This document shows positions 12,701 to 26,959 of a stretch of DNA of 64,000 nt, piece after piece. Positions within the stretch are counted from its first letter, which is position 1. Each line of letters starts with the position of its first letter. Under the pieces are notes generated by a model. That model was not told the DNA's origin. It ran no database searches and saw only the letters and a list, made by a program, of their open reading frames with translations. The DNA lies in NCBI RefSeq assembly GCF_006345805.1, contig NC_043000.1, positions 93,806,001 through 93,870,000 of the forward strand, in the 5' to 3' direction. The position numbers and the translations under genes are program-made. Source of the stretch: Octopus sinensis (taxonomy: Eukaryota).

Positions 12701-12847
12701 ATATATATATATATAAATATATTTATATATATAAATATGTAATATATATAATAAATATATTATATATTTATATATAAATAATATGTGTATATATATATAT
12801 ATATTATATAGATATATATAAATATATATTATATATATAATAATATG

Positions 12848-12879
<32 letters not shown>

Positions 12880-13012
12880 ATATTATATATATAAATATAT
12901 TTATATAAATATGTATATATATATATATGTATATATATATAAATATATTTATATATATAAATATGTATATATATACATAAATATATATTTATAATATATG
13001 TATTATATATAA

Positions 13013-13063
<51 letters not shown>

Positions 13064-13129
13064 ATAATTTATTATGGTTTGTATAACAAAGCTAACGAGT
13101 GGACAGACAGACAGATTTTCATTAGATCA

Positions 13130-13325
13130 TTGGATTAAAAATGCCTTGCAATATTTAGTTACATCCATTTATATTTTGAGTTCAAATCTCTGCTGAGGTT
13201 AACTTTGCCTTTCAGTAGTACCAGTCAAATACTAGGGGGTCAGTTCTGGTGACTACTATAAGCACAATCTCACCCTACCGCCAACAAAAAAAAAATGAGG
13301 TGTCATGCCCAAATTAGAAATTATT
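13130..13325 (+). mobile_element. Decayed family B SINE
   Basis: GAGTTCAAATCTCTGCTGAGGTTAACTTTGCCTTTCAG…AAATTAGAAATTATTATT. Confidence 0.65.
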
Positions 13326-13552
13326 ATTAATATTATTATTATTTTGATTACTTTTTAAATATTTTTTCTCATTTTGTTTTTATTTCATTTTTGGATTTGT
13401 TATTTTTTTTTTTAATTTTTGTGAAAGAACTTATTGAATATATTTATTAAGCTTCGGCTGCATCATTTTCTTGTTTTTTGTTTTTTGTTTTTTACTCTTT
13501 ATCTTTCTCTTTCTCTCTCTTCTCCCTTTTCACCTCTCCCCCTCTCGCTGAA

Positions 13553-13584
<32 letters not shown>

Positions 13585-13706
13585 GCACACACATATATTG
13601 CATATGTATTACATATATATATGCATATATATTATATTTTATGTACACATATATATATATATATGTATGCATGTATACATGCATATATACATACATACAC
13701 ATATGC

Positions 13707-13747
<41 letters not shown>

Positions 13748-13989
13748 TAGGTAGATACAAAATAAAGTGATCCACTTCTGACATCCCTCACCCTTTACCG
13801 TTTTTCTCTTCTTTTACTTCTAAGCCCAAAGAAATGTTGATGAGGCCAAATACATAATGATAGTACCATTAATCTTAATTAATGTTTACCAGGAACTGAG
13901 TTTGTTTTTCAACCCATCTATCAATCAAGCCCAACGAATACAATCTCATGTATCAAAGAAAAAAGAAAATAATAATTATAATATTGATA

Positions 13990-14285
13990 GACTCTCGTAT
14001 CGAAGACGGTGTAGAAGTGTTCAGCTTTTGCCAAAAAAACCTGCACAAATGATTTGTTTATAGCGATCGAATGTTCATGCCGCTCATTAGCTTTCTTCAC
14101 CAAATCGATGTTGCTTGAACAGGTGTACGGTGTACCATGTATCAGGTGTAGAAGTGATCGCAAAGCAAAGTGAGATGTAGTGTTTTGTTAGATAACACAA
14201 CATACCACCCAATCTAGAAATTGAAACTGCGATCTCACAATTGTGAATGCAACACCATAACCAGCAAGCTATGTGCCCTCACTGT
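13990..14285 (-). mobile_element. tRNA-derived SINE-like element (family E), with a partial second copy at ~14310-14400
   Basis: Minus strand starts with a tRNA-like head (GCACATAGCTTGCTGGTTATGGTG…CAGTTTCAATTTCT). The segment CGAAGAC…CTGCACARATGATTTGTTTATAG is repeated at ~14320-14385. Confidence 0.55.
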
Positions 14286-14654
14286 AACAGTAGTAATAAT
14301 AATGATGGATTCTCCCATCGAAGACAATGCATGAGTGTTCAGTTTTCTGCCAAATGACCTGCACAGATGATTTGTTTATAGTGACCAAATGTATGCGCCC
14401 TCATCATAACAACAGCAACAACAACAACAACAATAATAATAATAATAATAACAATAATAATAATAATAATAATAATGGCAGGAGAAAGAAAGACAAGTCA
14501 TTAAAAAGGATGAGTATTGTACATGTTGTTGTTAGTGCCCTGAGTAAATATGGAAATGGAGCATTTACAGAAAATGGTGTTGCTCAGGACTGCCTGCGCG
14601 AATCCTCTACAGAGTTCTCAAGAACTGAATGAAGAACATTACCTTAGTCCGCTT

Positions 14655-15276
14655 AGGTTGTGGACAGCTGGCTCTTTGTTACATCCCTCAGAGAAGCATT
14701 TCTTCTAGCCTTATGTTCTGAATACAAGTGTTGCTGTGGCCTGTTTCACCTTTCATCCTTTGGGAGTGGATGGAATAAGTACCTGTTGAGCACTGGGTTT
14801 GATGTAGTTCTCCTAGCTCCTTTCCCTATCAAATTTCAGGCCTTGTGCCTATAGTAGAAAGACTTCTTACTAAGGCAGTGAACTGGCAGAATAGCTAGCA
14901 TACCAGCTAAAAATGCCTAGCAGCATTTCTTCCAGTTCTTTACATTATGAGATTAAGTTCCACTGAGGTCAACTTTGCCTTTCATCCTTTTGGGGGTCAA
15001 TAAATAAGTACCAGTTGAGCACTGGGGTTGATGTAATCAACTAAACTCCTCACCAAAAAATAGAAAGAAAAGACAGTGAACTGGCAGAATCATTCACATG
15101 CTGGACAAAATGCTGCTAAGCATTTTGTCCCTCATGTTCTGAGTTTGAATTTTGCCAAGGCCATTCATCATTTTGGGGTCGATAAAATAAGTACCAGTTG
15201 AGAACTGGGGTTGACGTAATCAACTAGTCCCCATTCCCAAAATTTCAGGCCTATAGATTATTATCATTATTATCAA

Positions 15277-15313
<37 letters not shown>

Positions 15314-15541
15314 TATTCAGTGAGCTTGCAGAATCGTTAGCAAGCCAGACTAAATACTTAGCTGCATTTCTTCTGGCTTTACATTCTGAATTTAAATGTT
15401 GTTAAGGTCAACTCTGCCATTTGTCCTTTCAGGCTTGATGAAATAACTACCAGTCAAGTACTGGGGTCAACGTAATTGACCAGCTCCTCTCTCCCCACCA
15501 AATTTCAGGCCTTAACCTATAGTAGAAAGGATTATTATTAC

Positions 15542-15572
<31 letters not shown>

Positions 15573-16508
15573 TGCTTTTCCTTTTCATCCTCATCTCAGT
15601 CTTTTTCTCTCATCTACAACATTGGCCAAAACCAATAATTCAGTGACCCGATAGAGTCCTTAGACCATTGGACAGAATACTCTGCAGTATTTATTCTGAT
15701 CTGATTCTCTATGCTCTGAGTTCAAATCCAATCAGAGTCAACTTAGCCTTTTACTCTTTTGATTTTGATAAAATCTATAGAGGTATAAAGAATGTCAGAT
15801 TGGTTGCTTTTTGGGTTCTGTTTCAGCTCTTTGCATCCTCAGTTCAAATGCCACTAAGGCCAACTTAGGTGGTAAAATTAATCTGCAATCCAGTTTAAAA
15901 AACACTACCACCGAGCACTGGCACCTTGGAAAGAATATCTCCCTAGCTAAATCGTCTTTGTTTCATGTACCTGGGCCAAGTATCTTGTTCATTGGTGGCG
16001 GGGGTTTGCTTTTTTTTTCTTCCCTGAAATGAATTTCGGAGGCCTTGTGTGGAGATCATGAGTGGTTCTTTCATAACCGACTAAATGATAACAAAAAAAA
16101 ATTTTTTTTTTTAAATTGAAAATCACAGCAAAAAAAACTCACATACTCACTGCTGCTATCCTGAAAGAAATATATAACAAACAACAAACAAAATTCCAAA
16201 ACAAATCAACAATTATTTACATGGAATTTTTTCTTTTCTCATTATATTTTGAAAGGCCAATCAATATTTTATTCCTTCACTCTTTATTGTTGTTGCTATC
16301 GTAGTAGTTTACATTGTTGTTTTTTGTTTTTGTTTTTGTTGTTATTGTAGTTTACACTGTTCTTTTTGTTGTTGAAATGTTTTTTAGTTTTTTGTTGTTA
16401 TTGTTGGGAAATATTTTGTTATTGTTGATTTTGTTTTTTTGTTGTTTTTATTTCTTTTAATCTTCCTTTCACTAAGTATTGTCAATTCTCTTTGTTGTTT
16501 TTTTTGAA

Positions 16509-16542
<34 letters not shown>

Positions 16543-16755
16543 ATTAGTTTTAAAGTGGCAAGCTGGCAGAACCATTAGCAACCCAGGCAAAATGCTTAAT
16601 GGCATTTTTTTGTGGATTCAAATTCTGCCGAGGTCAACTTTGCCTTTCATCCTTTCAGGGTCGATAAAATAAACCCTAGTTGAATTATGGGGGTCAATGT
16701 AATCAACTAGTCTCCTCCCCAAAATTTTTCAGGCCTTGTGCCTTTAACAGAAAGG

Positions 16756-16786
<31 letters not shown>

Positions 16787-18451
16787 TGGCAGTGAGCTGG
16801 CAGAATCATTAATACACCGAGCAAAATGATTAGCGGTATTTCCTCTGCTGCTACATTCTGAGTTCAAATACTGCCGAGGTCATCTTTGCTTTTCATCCTT
16901 TCAGGGTCAATTAAATAAGTTGCAGTTATGCACTGGGGTCGATGTAGTCGACGTACCCACTCCCTTCAAATTTCAGGCCTTGTGCCTACAATAGTAAGGA
17001 TTATTATTATTATTATAATTATTATTATTATTATTATTATTATTTAAGGTGGCGAGCTGGCAGAATTGTTAGCATACTGGACAAAATGCTTAGTAGTATT
17101 TCGCCCATCTCTGCATGCTGCGTTCAAATTCCACCAATGTCATCTTTGCCTTTCATCCTTTCGGGGTTGATAAATTGAGTTCCAGTGAAACACTGGGGTC
17201 GATGTAATCGAGTAACCCCCAACCAAAAAATAAAATTTCGGGCCTTGTGCCTTTAGTAGAAAGGATTATTATTATTAGTTTTGGTTTTAAAGTGGCGAGC
17301 TGATAGAACCGTGAACATACCTGATGAAATATGTAACTGCATTTAGTCTATCCTTATGCTCTGAGTTCAAATTCTGCCAAGGTCAGCTTTGCCTTTCATC
17401 CTTTTAGGGGTTGATAAAATAAGTACCAGTTGTGCACTGGAGTCAAGATAACTGACTTCCTCTTCCCTCAAATTTACTGGCCTTGTGCCTATCATTAAAA
17501 AAAAATTATTATTATTTAAAAAGCAGCAAGCTGGCAGAATCGTTACTGCACCTGACAAAACGCTTGACAGCATTTCTTCTGGCACTTTACATTCTGAGCC
17601 CAATCTCTCCAAGATTGGCTTTGCTGTTCACCTTTTTGGGGTTTGATAAAATAAAGTGCAAGTCAGGTAAAGGAGCCCATGTAATTGACAAACCCTCTTC
17701 TCTCATAACTATTGGCCTTATGCCAAAATCATTAAGAGGTCAAGCTGGCAGAATTGTTAGCATGCCAGACAAAATGGTTACCAACATCTCTTGTGGCTTT
17801 GCATTCTGAATTCAGATTCCACCAAGTCTGACTTTATTTTTCATCTTTTCAGGGTAGATGAAATAAATACCAGTCAAGCACTGGGGTCAGTGTAATCAAC
17901 TGGGCCCTTCCCCACAAAGTATCAGGGCCTTGTGCCTAAAGTAGAAAAATGGTTATTATTATTTTGGTTGTAGATTGTCAGAATCATTAGAAAATTGGAC
18001 AAAATACCATGTGGTATTCTATTGTGTACTTTTACATTCTGGGTTCAAATCTGTCTTTCATCTCCCCATGTCCCATAACATGAGTATCCAATAAAGTTTT
18101 AGGATCAATCTCAATGAACTCTACTATTTTTTTCTACCCACCTTCAAAAAATATTTTGAGGCTTTGCACTTATGCTAGAAATCCCTGTTGTTATGCCAAT
18201 GCTAAGTGGGAAGCTCACAGGATCATTAGAGAATCACACACACAAAAAAGAAAATGCTTTGCAGCATTCTTTTCAGCTATTTTCACTCTGAGTTCAAATC
18301 ATACTGTGGCCAACTTTGCTTTTCATCCTATCAAGGTCAGTAAAACAAACTACCAGTCACATGCTGTGGTCTATAGTATCCACCGCTCTCCCTCGCAGCA
18401 AAATTGCTGGGTTTGTGCTTAAATCACAAAACATTATTATCATCATCATCA

Positions 18452-18506
<55 letters not shown>

Positions 18507-18735
18507 GGCAGTGATCTGGCACAATCGTCTGCCAGGCAAAATGCTTTGAGGCATTTCATCCATCTTCACATTCTGAGTTCAAATCCCACCGAGATCAACT
18601 TTGCCTTTCATCACTTTGAGGTTGATACAATACATACCAGTCGAGCATTGGGGGCAAGTAATCAACTTAACCCTAACCCCAAATTGCTGGCCTTGTGCCA
18701 AAATTTGAAATCATTATTATTATTACTGATAGGTA
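14655..18735 (+). mobile_element. Head-to-tail cluster of ~14 family B SINE copies, mostly separated by (ATT)n tails
   Basis: Repeated head AGTGAGCTGGCAGAATC, core GCCTTTCATCC…AAGTACCAG…CTGGGGTC and tail AAATTTCAGGCCTTGTGCC…AGAAAGG(ATT)n. Units start at about 14655, 14871, 15072, 15318, 15665 (partial), 16548, 16787, 17046, 17290, 17519, 17736, 17970, 18215 and 18504; all are on the + strand. Confidence 0.85.
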
Positions 18736-19764
18736 TAGGCATGACTGTATGGTTAAGAAGTTTATTTCATGATCATGTAGCTTGGTGGGGGTTCGTTCCA
18801 TTACATGACATCTAGAGTCTCAGTTTAACCAAAATTTTGTGAGTAAAGTTGGCAGACAGAAATTGTATGTATAAATGTGTGCATATGCGTATATATTTTA
18901 TAGACACAAATGGAAAGAAAAAGAAGGAAGAAATTACAAGCCAACACATTAAAAAGGAACCATATTTTCAAGAAATAACAAAGAAGAAATAAGTGAAAGA
19001 AAGTTACTTAGCAAAACTGTGCATTAGATTTATTTTCCTTTTAGATATAACAGTAACAACAACAACAACAACAACAATAATAATGATGATGATGATAATA
19101 ACAAAAATAATAAAAATACTGTTCTCATGGGTATAGACCACTTCCTAAGAAGAAAGACAGTCAACCTGAGAATATTTTAATCTTTTAAAAGATTCAGATA
19201 TCCTCAGCTTGACCGTCTTTTTGTTTTTTAAGATATGGTCTGTGCCTAATGAGAATATTTTTTATTATTATTATTGTTATTGTATTTAAAGAGAAAATAA
19301 ATTTAATACACAGTTTTGTAAGATAACTTTTCCAGTTACTTCCTGTTTTTTTATTTCTCGAAATGATTGTTTGTTTTTATGTGTTCATCATTTCTTGTCT
19401 CCTTTTCTTTTCATTTATGGTTATTATATATAGGCAGACATTTATATATATATGCATGTATATATAAATGCAAACATATGAAGTGGGTTTTCATACAGCT
19501 TCAAAAACTGCAAATATTAGAGCCCAAACTTTTAACAGAACCTCAGTATTTTGGTCTTCTTTTCTTGAAATATATCATTGCTAGTTATAAATAATACCTA
19601 TCCATAGTAAAATATCTAACTTGCTGTTTCTTGAGGTTTCTGGGTGAGACTTTGGACAGCTTGTATAAAATAGCAGCAATAACAATGAAATGATAATAAT
19701 AATAATAATAATAATAATAATTCTGCACCTCACATAGTTCATCCTAAGCGCTGAACAACAATGA

Positions 19765-19935
19765 TGAATTGAAATGGGAAATGTGCAGGTTGTAGGCAAT
19801 GAAGAGAGTGGACATAGTAATTAGCATGATTGGAGGTATCAGCTCCAAACTACCAACATGGCTCAAAAAGATTGGTACAGATATAAAGATAGAATGCTTA
19901 CTAAAATCATTCTTGCTTAGAACTGCAAAAATTCT
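19765..19935 (+). mobile_element. R4/Dong-clade LINE remnant (end of the restriction-like endonuclease domain)
   Basis: Translates ELKWEMCRL*AMKRVDIVISMIGGISSKLPTWLKKIGTDIKIECLLKSFLLRTAK, matching the R4/Dong C-terminal pattern; lies just after an (AAT)n run. Confidence 0.6.
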
Positions 19936-20337
19936 TTGCAGGCATCAATGAATATGCTAATAAAGCAGTAATATACTGGGATTAATTCTATTAATTTACT
20001 TCTCCTAATGAAAAAGGCAATATCAATCCTTTCCACCAGAGGTTTAAATTCTGAATTGAAACAAATGATGCTTAGTATTCTTTCTACTGCTATGCATTTA
20101 ATGAGGCCAGACAAATGTAAATCAGGTGGTTGAATGATTAAAGGAATGAACAACCAGCTACAAATTGATTCCACTACATTTCATTGACTTTTGAACACCG
20201 CAGTTAATTCTACACCATGTGTGTATATGTGAATCCTATAGGATTCTTGTAGGAAAGTTCTTATTCTGGGGTAAACTGACATGCTGTTCAAAAGAGAGTA
20301 CTGAAAGAAAAATATTTTATATATCATTTGCTGTTAT

Positions 20338-20955
20338 TTTTTACTTGTTTTAGTCACTGAACTGCAGCCATGCTGGAGTACTGCCTTGAAGGATTTAATC
20401 AAGCAAATTATCCTCAGTACTTCTGAATTAAAGTCTAGTATTACTATCAATTTGTTTTGCTAAACTAACAAGTTGTGTGAGGACAAACACACACGTATAT
20501 GTGTGTGCATGTAAATAAATATACGTTTGTGTGTGTGTGTATATATGTATGTATATATATATATGTGTGTGTGTGTGTTGGATATATATGTTGTTGGATG
20601 TCTTGTTGCTTCAACAAATGAGGGTTAAGCAGAATACAGGTGCACAGTATTTTCAGTTCAATGTTTTACCATGTTGCTTCAAGTGGGAATTCAGGCCTAT
20701 CTGTAATTTGCAGACATTGGAGTAGTGGCCCCCATCATTTGGTGGTAGCTTGCCCCATCTCTATGTTGCGTTTTTTTTCTCCTTTAGGGTGTCCATCCTG
20801 GCTTCTGCACAGTTTCCCTCAACCATATTCACTCACAAGGCATTGGCTAACTCAGGGTTATAGTAGAAGACACTTGCCCAAGGCGGCATGCAGTAGGACT
20901 GAACCTGAAATACATGGTTGGGAAGCAGACCTCTTAACCATGCAACTAACATCCT
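20338..20955 (-). mobile_element. Family A (OK-like) SINE fragments: tail at ~20338-20470, head at ~20830-20955
   Basis: TTTTACTTGTTTTAGTCACTGAACTGCAGCCATGCTGGAG and CACTCACAAGG…TAGTAGAAGACACTTGCCCAAGG…GGACTGAACC. Confidence 0.7.
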
Positions 20956-21178
20956 AAAACCAAAAGTTACATACTGACCATTAACCTTAAAGAATTAATA
21001 AAATACCATTTACATGTATTGGAATGGTTTACTGTCTCTACAGTTCTTTCAATCCCAATGCTTCATATATAAACTGAAACATTTATGGTAAAATAGATAT
21101 TACAGTTCCTTTGCTTTTCTGAGGGAAGGAAAAGGAGAGTACCACCTTCCTCCAAGTATAGTAGTGAAGAGAACTGAA

Positions 21179-21214
<36 letters not shown>

Positions 21215-21303
21215 GCAGTATATAATTATAGAATTAAGGGTAATGCTATTGCTGCTACAGAGTAATCCTTAATTTTAATATCAATACATACACACACATA
21301 CAC

Positions 21304-21361
<58 letters not shown>

Positions 21362-22005
21362 TCAGTAGTTCATATATCTGAAACAGAAGTGCAATCTAAA
21401 ACATTAGAGCAATAATATATTTTCTAGAAGGTTGTTTGTTACAGCTGGTCAGAGAGCAACCAGTGGTTTTGCACCTATAAACTGTATAAAAAAGTTATCA
21501 GATTCAAATGACCACAGGTCATGTGCTTCTGGCCAGTTGAGTCACCCATACAGCTAAGTGTTTACAGATGCAAAAACCAATGGTCACTCTCTGACTGGCC
21601 ATAACAGTCAACCTTCTAACATATGTATGTGTATATATATATATATATATATATGTGCGTGTGTGTGTGTATATATGTATATGTACATATATATATATAT
21701 ATATTAATATATATACATACATATATTTATATATATATATTATATATATAATATATATACATATATTTATATATACATATATTTATATATATATTTATAT
21801 ATACATATATTTATATATAATATTTATATATATATATACATATATTTATATATATATATTTATATATATATATTTATATATTATATATTTATATATATAG
21901 GCATATTATATATATATATTTATATATATATATATATTTATATATATAGGCATATTTAATATATATATATTATATATATTATATATTTATATATATAGGC
22001 ATATT

Positions 22006-22040
<35 letters not shown>

Positions 22041-22157
22041 TTATATATATATATACATTTATATATAGACATATATATATCTATATATATATATATATAC
22101 ATATATTTATATATATATACACATATATATACATATTTATATATATATACATATTAT

Positions 22158-22210
<53 letters not shown>

Positions 22211-22983
22211 TACATATATATATATATCTTGGTATCGTTGTGGCATTCATTATTATAAAGAAACAGTAACTTTACTGCCAAATGAGCCGAAGTTGTTGCA
22301 AAAATTTTGTTTTTTTTTCACCTCCCAATTGCAGTTATTACATATTCCCATATACAGCAAGTGCCCCAGGGTGGTGGGGCTAGGAGTTGCTACTCCTCTC
22401 TCACATAACTCACAAGTTCCTCATTCTCCATATACCTCTTAGTTATTTAGTCCTTACACTTAGTCAACAGTTCACATCATATCAGCCTCTCTCTCTCACC
22501 CCCGTCTCTCTCTCTCTCTCTCTTTTACCAATCTGATTTGTTGTTACCATTGTTGATGTTGTTTTTTTGAAATTATTATCATTATTATTATTATTATTAT
22601 TCCTGTTTTTGTTTTTTCGTTGTCATGTTATTTTCTTATTTGTTTTTTTGTTTTATTTAATATTTTGACTTCTGTTGTATATTTTTGTTATTTTATTACA
22701 TTTTGTTGTTACCTTTCTCTTTCACTCTCCTCCCCCCTCTCTCCCTTCCCTTTCAATTCCTCTTTTTCTCCATCATTTATTGAAAAATACAAAGGAGAAA
22801 GATACGAAAAAACAATTCCTTCAATGCATGAAGGTTAATCATAGAATACAGTTATAATGATACACATGCCTATGTATATGCATGTGTGTATGTTTATATA
22901 TATATATATACACACACATATATATGTGTGTGTACATATATATATATATATATATATACACTCACTCATATATATATAAATAC

Positions 22984-23024
<41 letters not shown>

Positions 23025-23090
23025 GCTTATATATATAAATACATATATAATTACATACACATATATATATACACCTACATATATGTAATG

Positions 23091-23128
<38 letters not shown>

Positions 23129-24822
23129 AAGATGTATGAATTGTGTATTTATGTTTGAATTCACATGTGTATGTATGCCCTCAGATGAAAGAAAGTGGCA
23201 TTTTGTTGCACAATTGGTAATGGATTAAATTCATATACATGCATGTATATATATGTATGTATATATATACATATATGCCTTTATATATTTATGTATATAT
23301 ATATGTGTGTGTGTATGTTATATATATGTATGATATATGTATATATGTTATGTATATATATATACATATACATGCATATATATATTTATTTATGCGTACA
23401 TTTGTATATGTATATGTTATATATGTGTATATCTGTGTGTGTATATACATATATATATTCTGAGAGGATGATGGTATCACCAGAGAGGAAGCATTATTAT
23501 TACTGAAATAACAGAACAAAAAATAACATCAGAACCTTGCAGAGTGGGAGAGATGGTGCACACATGTGATGAAAGTTATAGAGAAAACATCTTAGATTAT
23601 GAATTTCTTAATCTTTCAATTCATTACATCCACTGTTTTACTTGTCTTCTTTTGCACTTTTTTTATCCTTCGTTTCTTCATTTTCATTTTCTTGGGTGGC
23701 ACTAGAGCTGGAGGTGTAAATATTAAATATAAATGATACAATAATGTAATGAAAGTTGATCGGGGAAACGAAACGAACATGGAAACATAAAAATAAATGA
23801 AAAGGAGTAGATGTATGAAGTGAGTGTGTGTTGAACGTGATGCAAAGCAGCTAATGCTCGTCTGTCTTTGTGATTGGTGATTTTTCATTTTTTTTTTATG
23901 TCAGATTTTTCAAGAAAAGAAAATATAAATGAATATAAAAAACTGCTATTGTTAGGGTGAGTGGGGTTGGAAAGATTTTGTGGGATGAGGGAGAAAAAAT
24001 AATAAAATGAGCATGTTAATAATAATAATAATGATAATAATATTACTGAACATGATAAGTGTTTGTCAACTTTATTATTTTTTTTATGGTTTCTGTTAAT
24101 AATAATAATAATAATAACTATGACAACAACATCATTAATGATGATGATGCTGATGACTTTTGTATATGATGTTGATGATGATGATGAAGAGAATAATGAC
24201 GATAGTAAAATGAAGCAGCATCATGTGAGAAACTTGTGCGATATGTAAAAGGATGATAACAAAGGGAAAAAAACTAAAACAGAAAAAAGATAAAAACAGA
24301 TCGTAACCGCATGGATGGTGTTTTGTATATGTGTGACAGTGTGTGTGTTTGTATGTGTGTGTATGTGTGTATGCTTGTTTGAGGTATTCAATTATTTATT
24401 AGTCGAATCTCTGTGAATATATATAAATATATATATATCTATATATATATATGTATTTTTTTTTTGTGTAGCAGTAGTCTGCTGGTATCTTAGTAATTAC
24501 TACTGCAAGAATATATGAAAAATATAAAAGACGAAAAACGGACATTCTCAATGCCAAAAAATTTAAATAATAATAATATTAATAAAAATAATAATAATAT
24601 AAATAATGATTTTAATAATGATGATGATGATGATGATGATGATAAAAAATCACCACTGAACACACACATACACACCCCACCAAAAAAAAATATTTGCAAA
24701 TGAAAACTAAAAGAAATTTCCAAAAAATAAACGTTTAAATAAAAAAAAATACAAAATAACTCCTCCCCTCAAAAAAAAAAATAAAGGAAAAATAGATTTT
24801 AAAAAGTCGAAGAAATATTACA

Positions 24823-24863
<41 letters not shown>

Positions 24864-24915
24864 AATATATATGTATATATATATATGTATATATGTATGT
24901 GTATATAAATATATG

Positions 24916-24953
<38 letters not shown>

Positions 24954-25250
24954 TGTATATAAATATGTATACACACATATATGTGTGTATATATTATGTA
25001 TGTATGTATTATTATATATATATATATATGTATGTATATGTTGCAGGCCCTCGACAAATGTCATTTTTCATGTGATGTTCAGCGTTAGCCATCTGTTTAA
25101 TGGTGTCTGTTGTTTATTCAAAACTTTTATATCATTGCACACGCAAGCAACTCTCCCTTCCCACCGCCACCACCACCACAACAATAACAACAACAATTAT
25201 TGCCCTTTCACCCAGGATCCCCATCTAACCCCATCCCAACACCCCTCAAG

Positions 25251-25288
<38 letters not shown>

Positions 25289-26107
25289 AATAATATTCCT
25301 TTGAAAAAAAAAGAATATAAACTAAAAAAAAAACAAGAATAAAAAAGAAAAATATAAAACAGAATGCAACAGAAAATATAGAAAAAAATGTCATGCTCTG
25401 ACTCTGTGACTGCGGATTATTTTTTACAGTTTAATAAATTTGATTTTTTTTTTTTAGTGCAGTGTGGGTTGGTGGAGGTGAGGGTAGGGCACAGAGAGGG
25501 CAGGGCTCTTTTTAAATTGATTTGAAGCGGCAATGATGATGTTAAGAAAAGGAAAAAAAAAAAAAAAATTACGGGGTGGAGGGTTATCAATAAGGTTCGG
25601 GGTGGGATGGGGGGTAAAAAGCAAGGCAAAAGAACATCAGTGTGCATTGTTTCTTTGTTTTGTTTTTTTTTTTTGTTGTTTATTTTGGGTTTTTTTTCTG
25701 GGTGGGTGGAATCAAAGAAAGAAAGAAAAAAAAAAGAGGAAAACAAAAGAATTATTAACAACAACAAACAACAGACATTAAACAGAAGAAATGAAAAAAA
25801 AAATGTATTTATAAAAATAACACAAAAAATAAACAAGAAAAATTTAATAAATATTAACAATGATGACAACAGCAACTATTAATGAATGACTTTGAATTGA
25901 CTTGACTTATATATATATATATATATGTATATATATGTGTGTGTATATATATATATATAATTTTTTTTATTCCTGTGTAGTATTTAAATGATGGACATCT
26001 TGGAATGTATGTTTGTTTGTTTGTTTTTTTTTTTGAGAGGAAACAAAAGAAAGTAAAAAGAAATGAAAAATGTACAAATATGTATATGTACACATATATA
26101 TGTAAAT

Positions 26108-26138
<31 letters not shown>

Positions 26139-26959
26139 AATATATGTGTATATATAGTCATACATGTACATAAATATGTTTATATATCTATATATATGTT
26201 CAAATTTTACTTGAACACGCATATATATGTATATATATGTATATATGTATGTATATATATATATATATGTATGTATATATATATATATATGTATGTATAT
26301 ATATAAATGTGTATGTATATATATATATATATGTGTATGTATATATGTATATATATGTATGTATATATATGTATATATATGTATAAATGTGTATATATAT
26401 ATGTATGTATATATGCATATATATATATGTATGTATATATGCACATATATGAATGTATATATATGCATATATATATATGTATGTATATATGTATTTGCAT
26501 ATATATGTATATGTATATATGTGTATATATGTATATATATGTATATATATGTATATATATATATGTATATATATATGTATATGTATCTGTGTATATATAT
26601 ATATGTATATATATATATGTATGTATAGATATATATTGCATGTGTATATATGTATGTATACATATATATGTGTGCACATATATACATATATATATATATA
26701 TACTGAAAATGTCAAAAATTTTCCATTTTTGTAGTTTGATAAGTATGAGGAGAAATATTTGGTGGGCCGATAATATTTTTTATGGCAACCTGTAAAATAA
26801 TATGTAAAATGGCCAAATGTTCTTGCCATAGTTAATGAATTTCTTGTGTTCTTGTTGGCTATTAAATTTTTTTTCCCTCAAAAAACCCTATTTTTTCTCT
26901 TTTTCTTCAACTGTTCCTTCATGTCTTCTGTTCATTCTCACATTTATACATAAATATTC

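Noticed and set aside
21389-21395. GTGCAAT, a miR-92 seed match in the putative mef2 UTR (Drosophila Mef2 is a miR-92b target)
   Set aside because: About one such 7-mer is expected by chance in 15 kb, and UTR status here is unproven.
21519-26829. Many long YI/HI/CV-rich ORFs (e.g. 277 aa at 25854-26687), and similar ones at 13.4, 52.6 and 62-63 kb
   Set aside because: Translations of (TA)n/(CA)n microsatellites, which lack stop codons in some frames; no coding signal.
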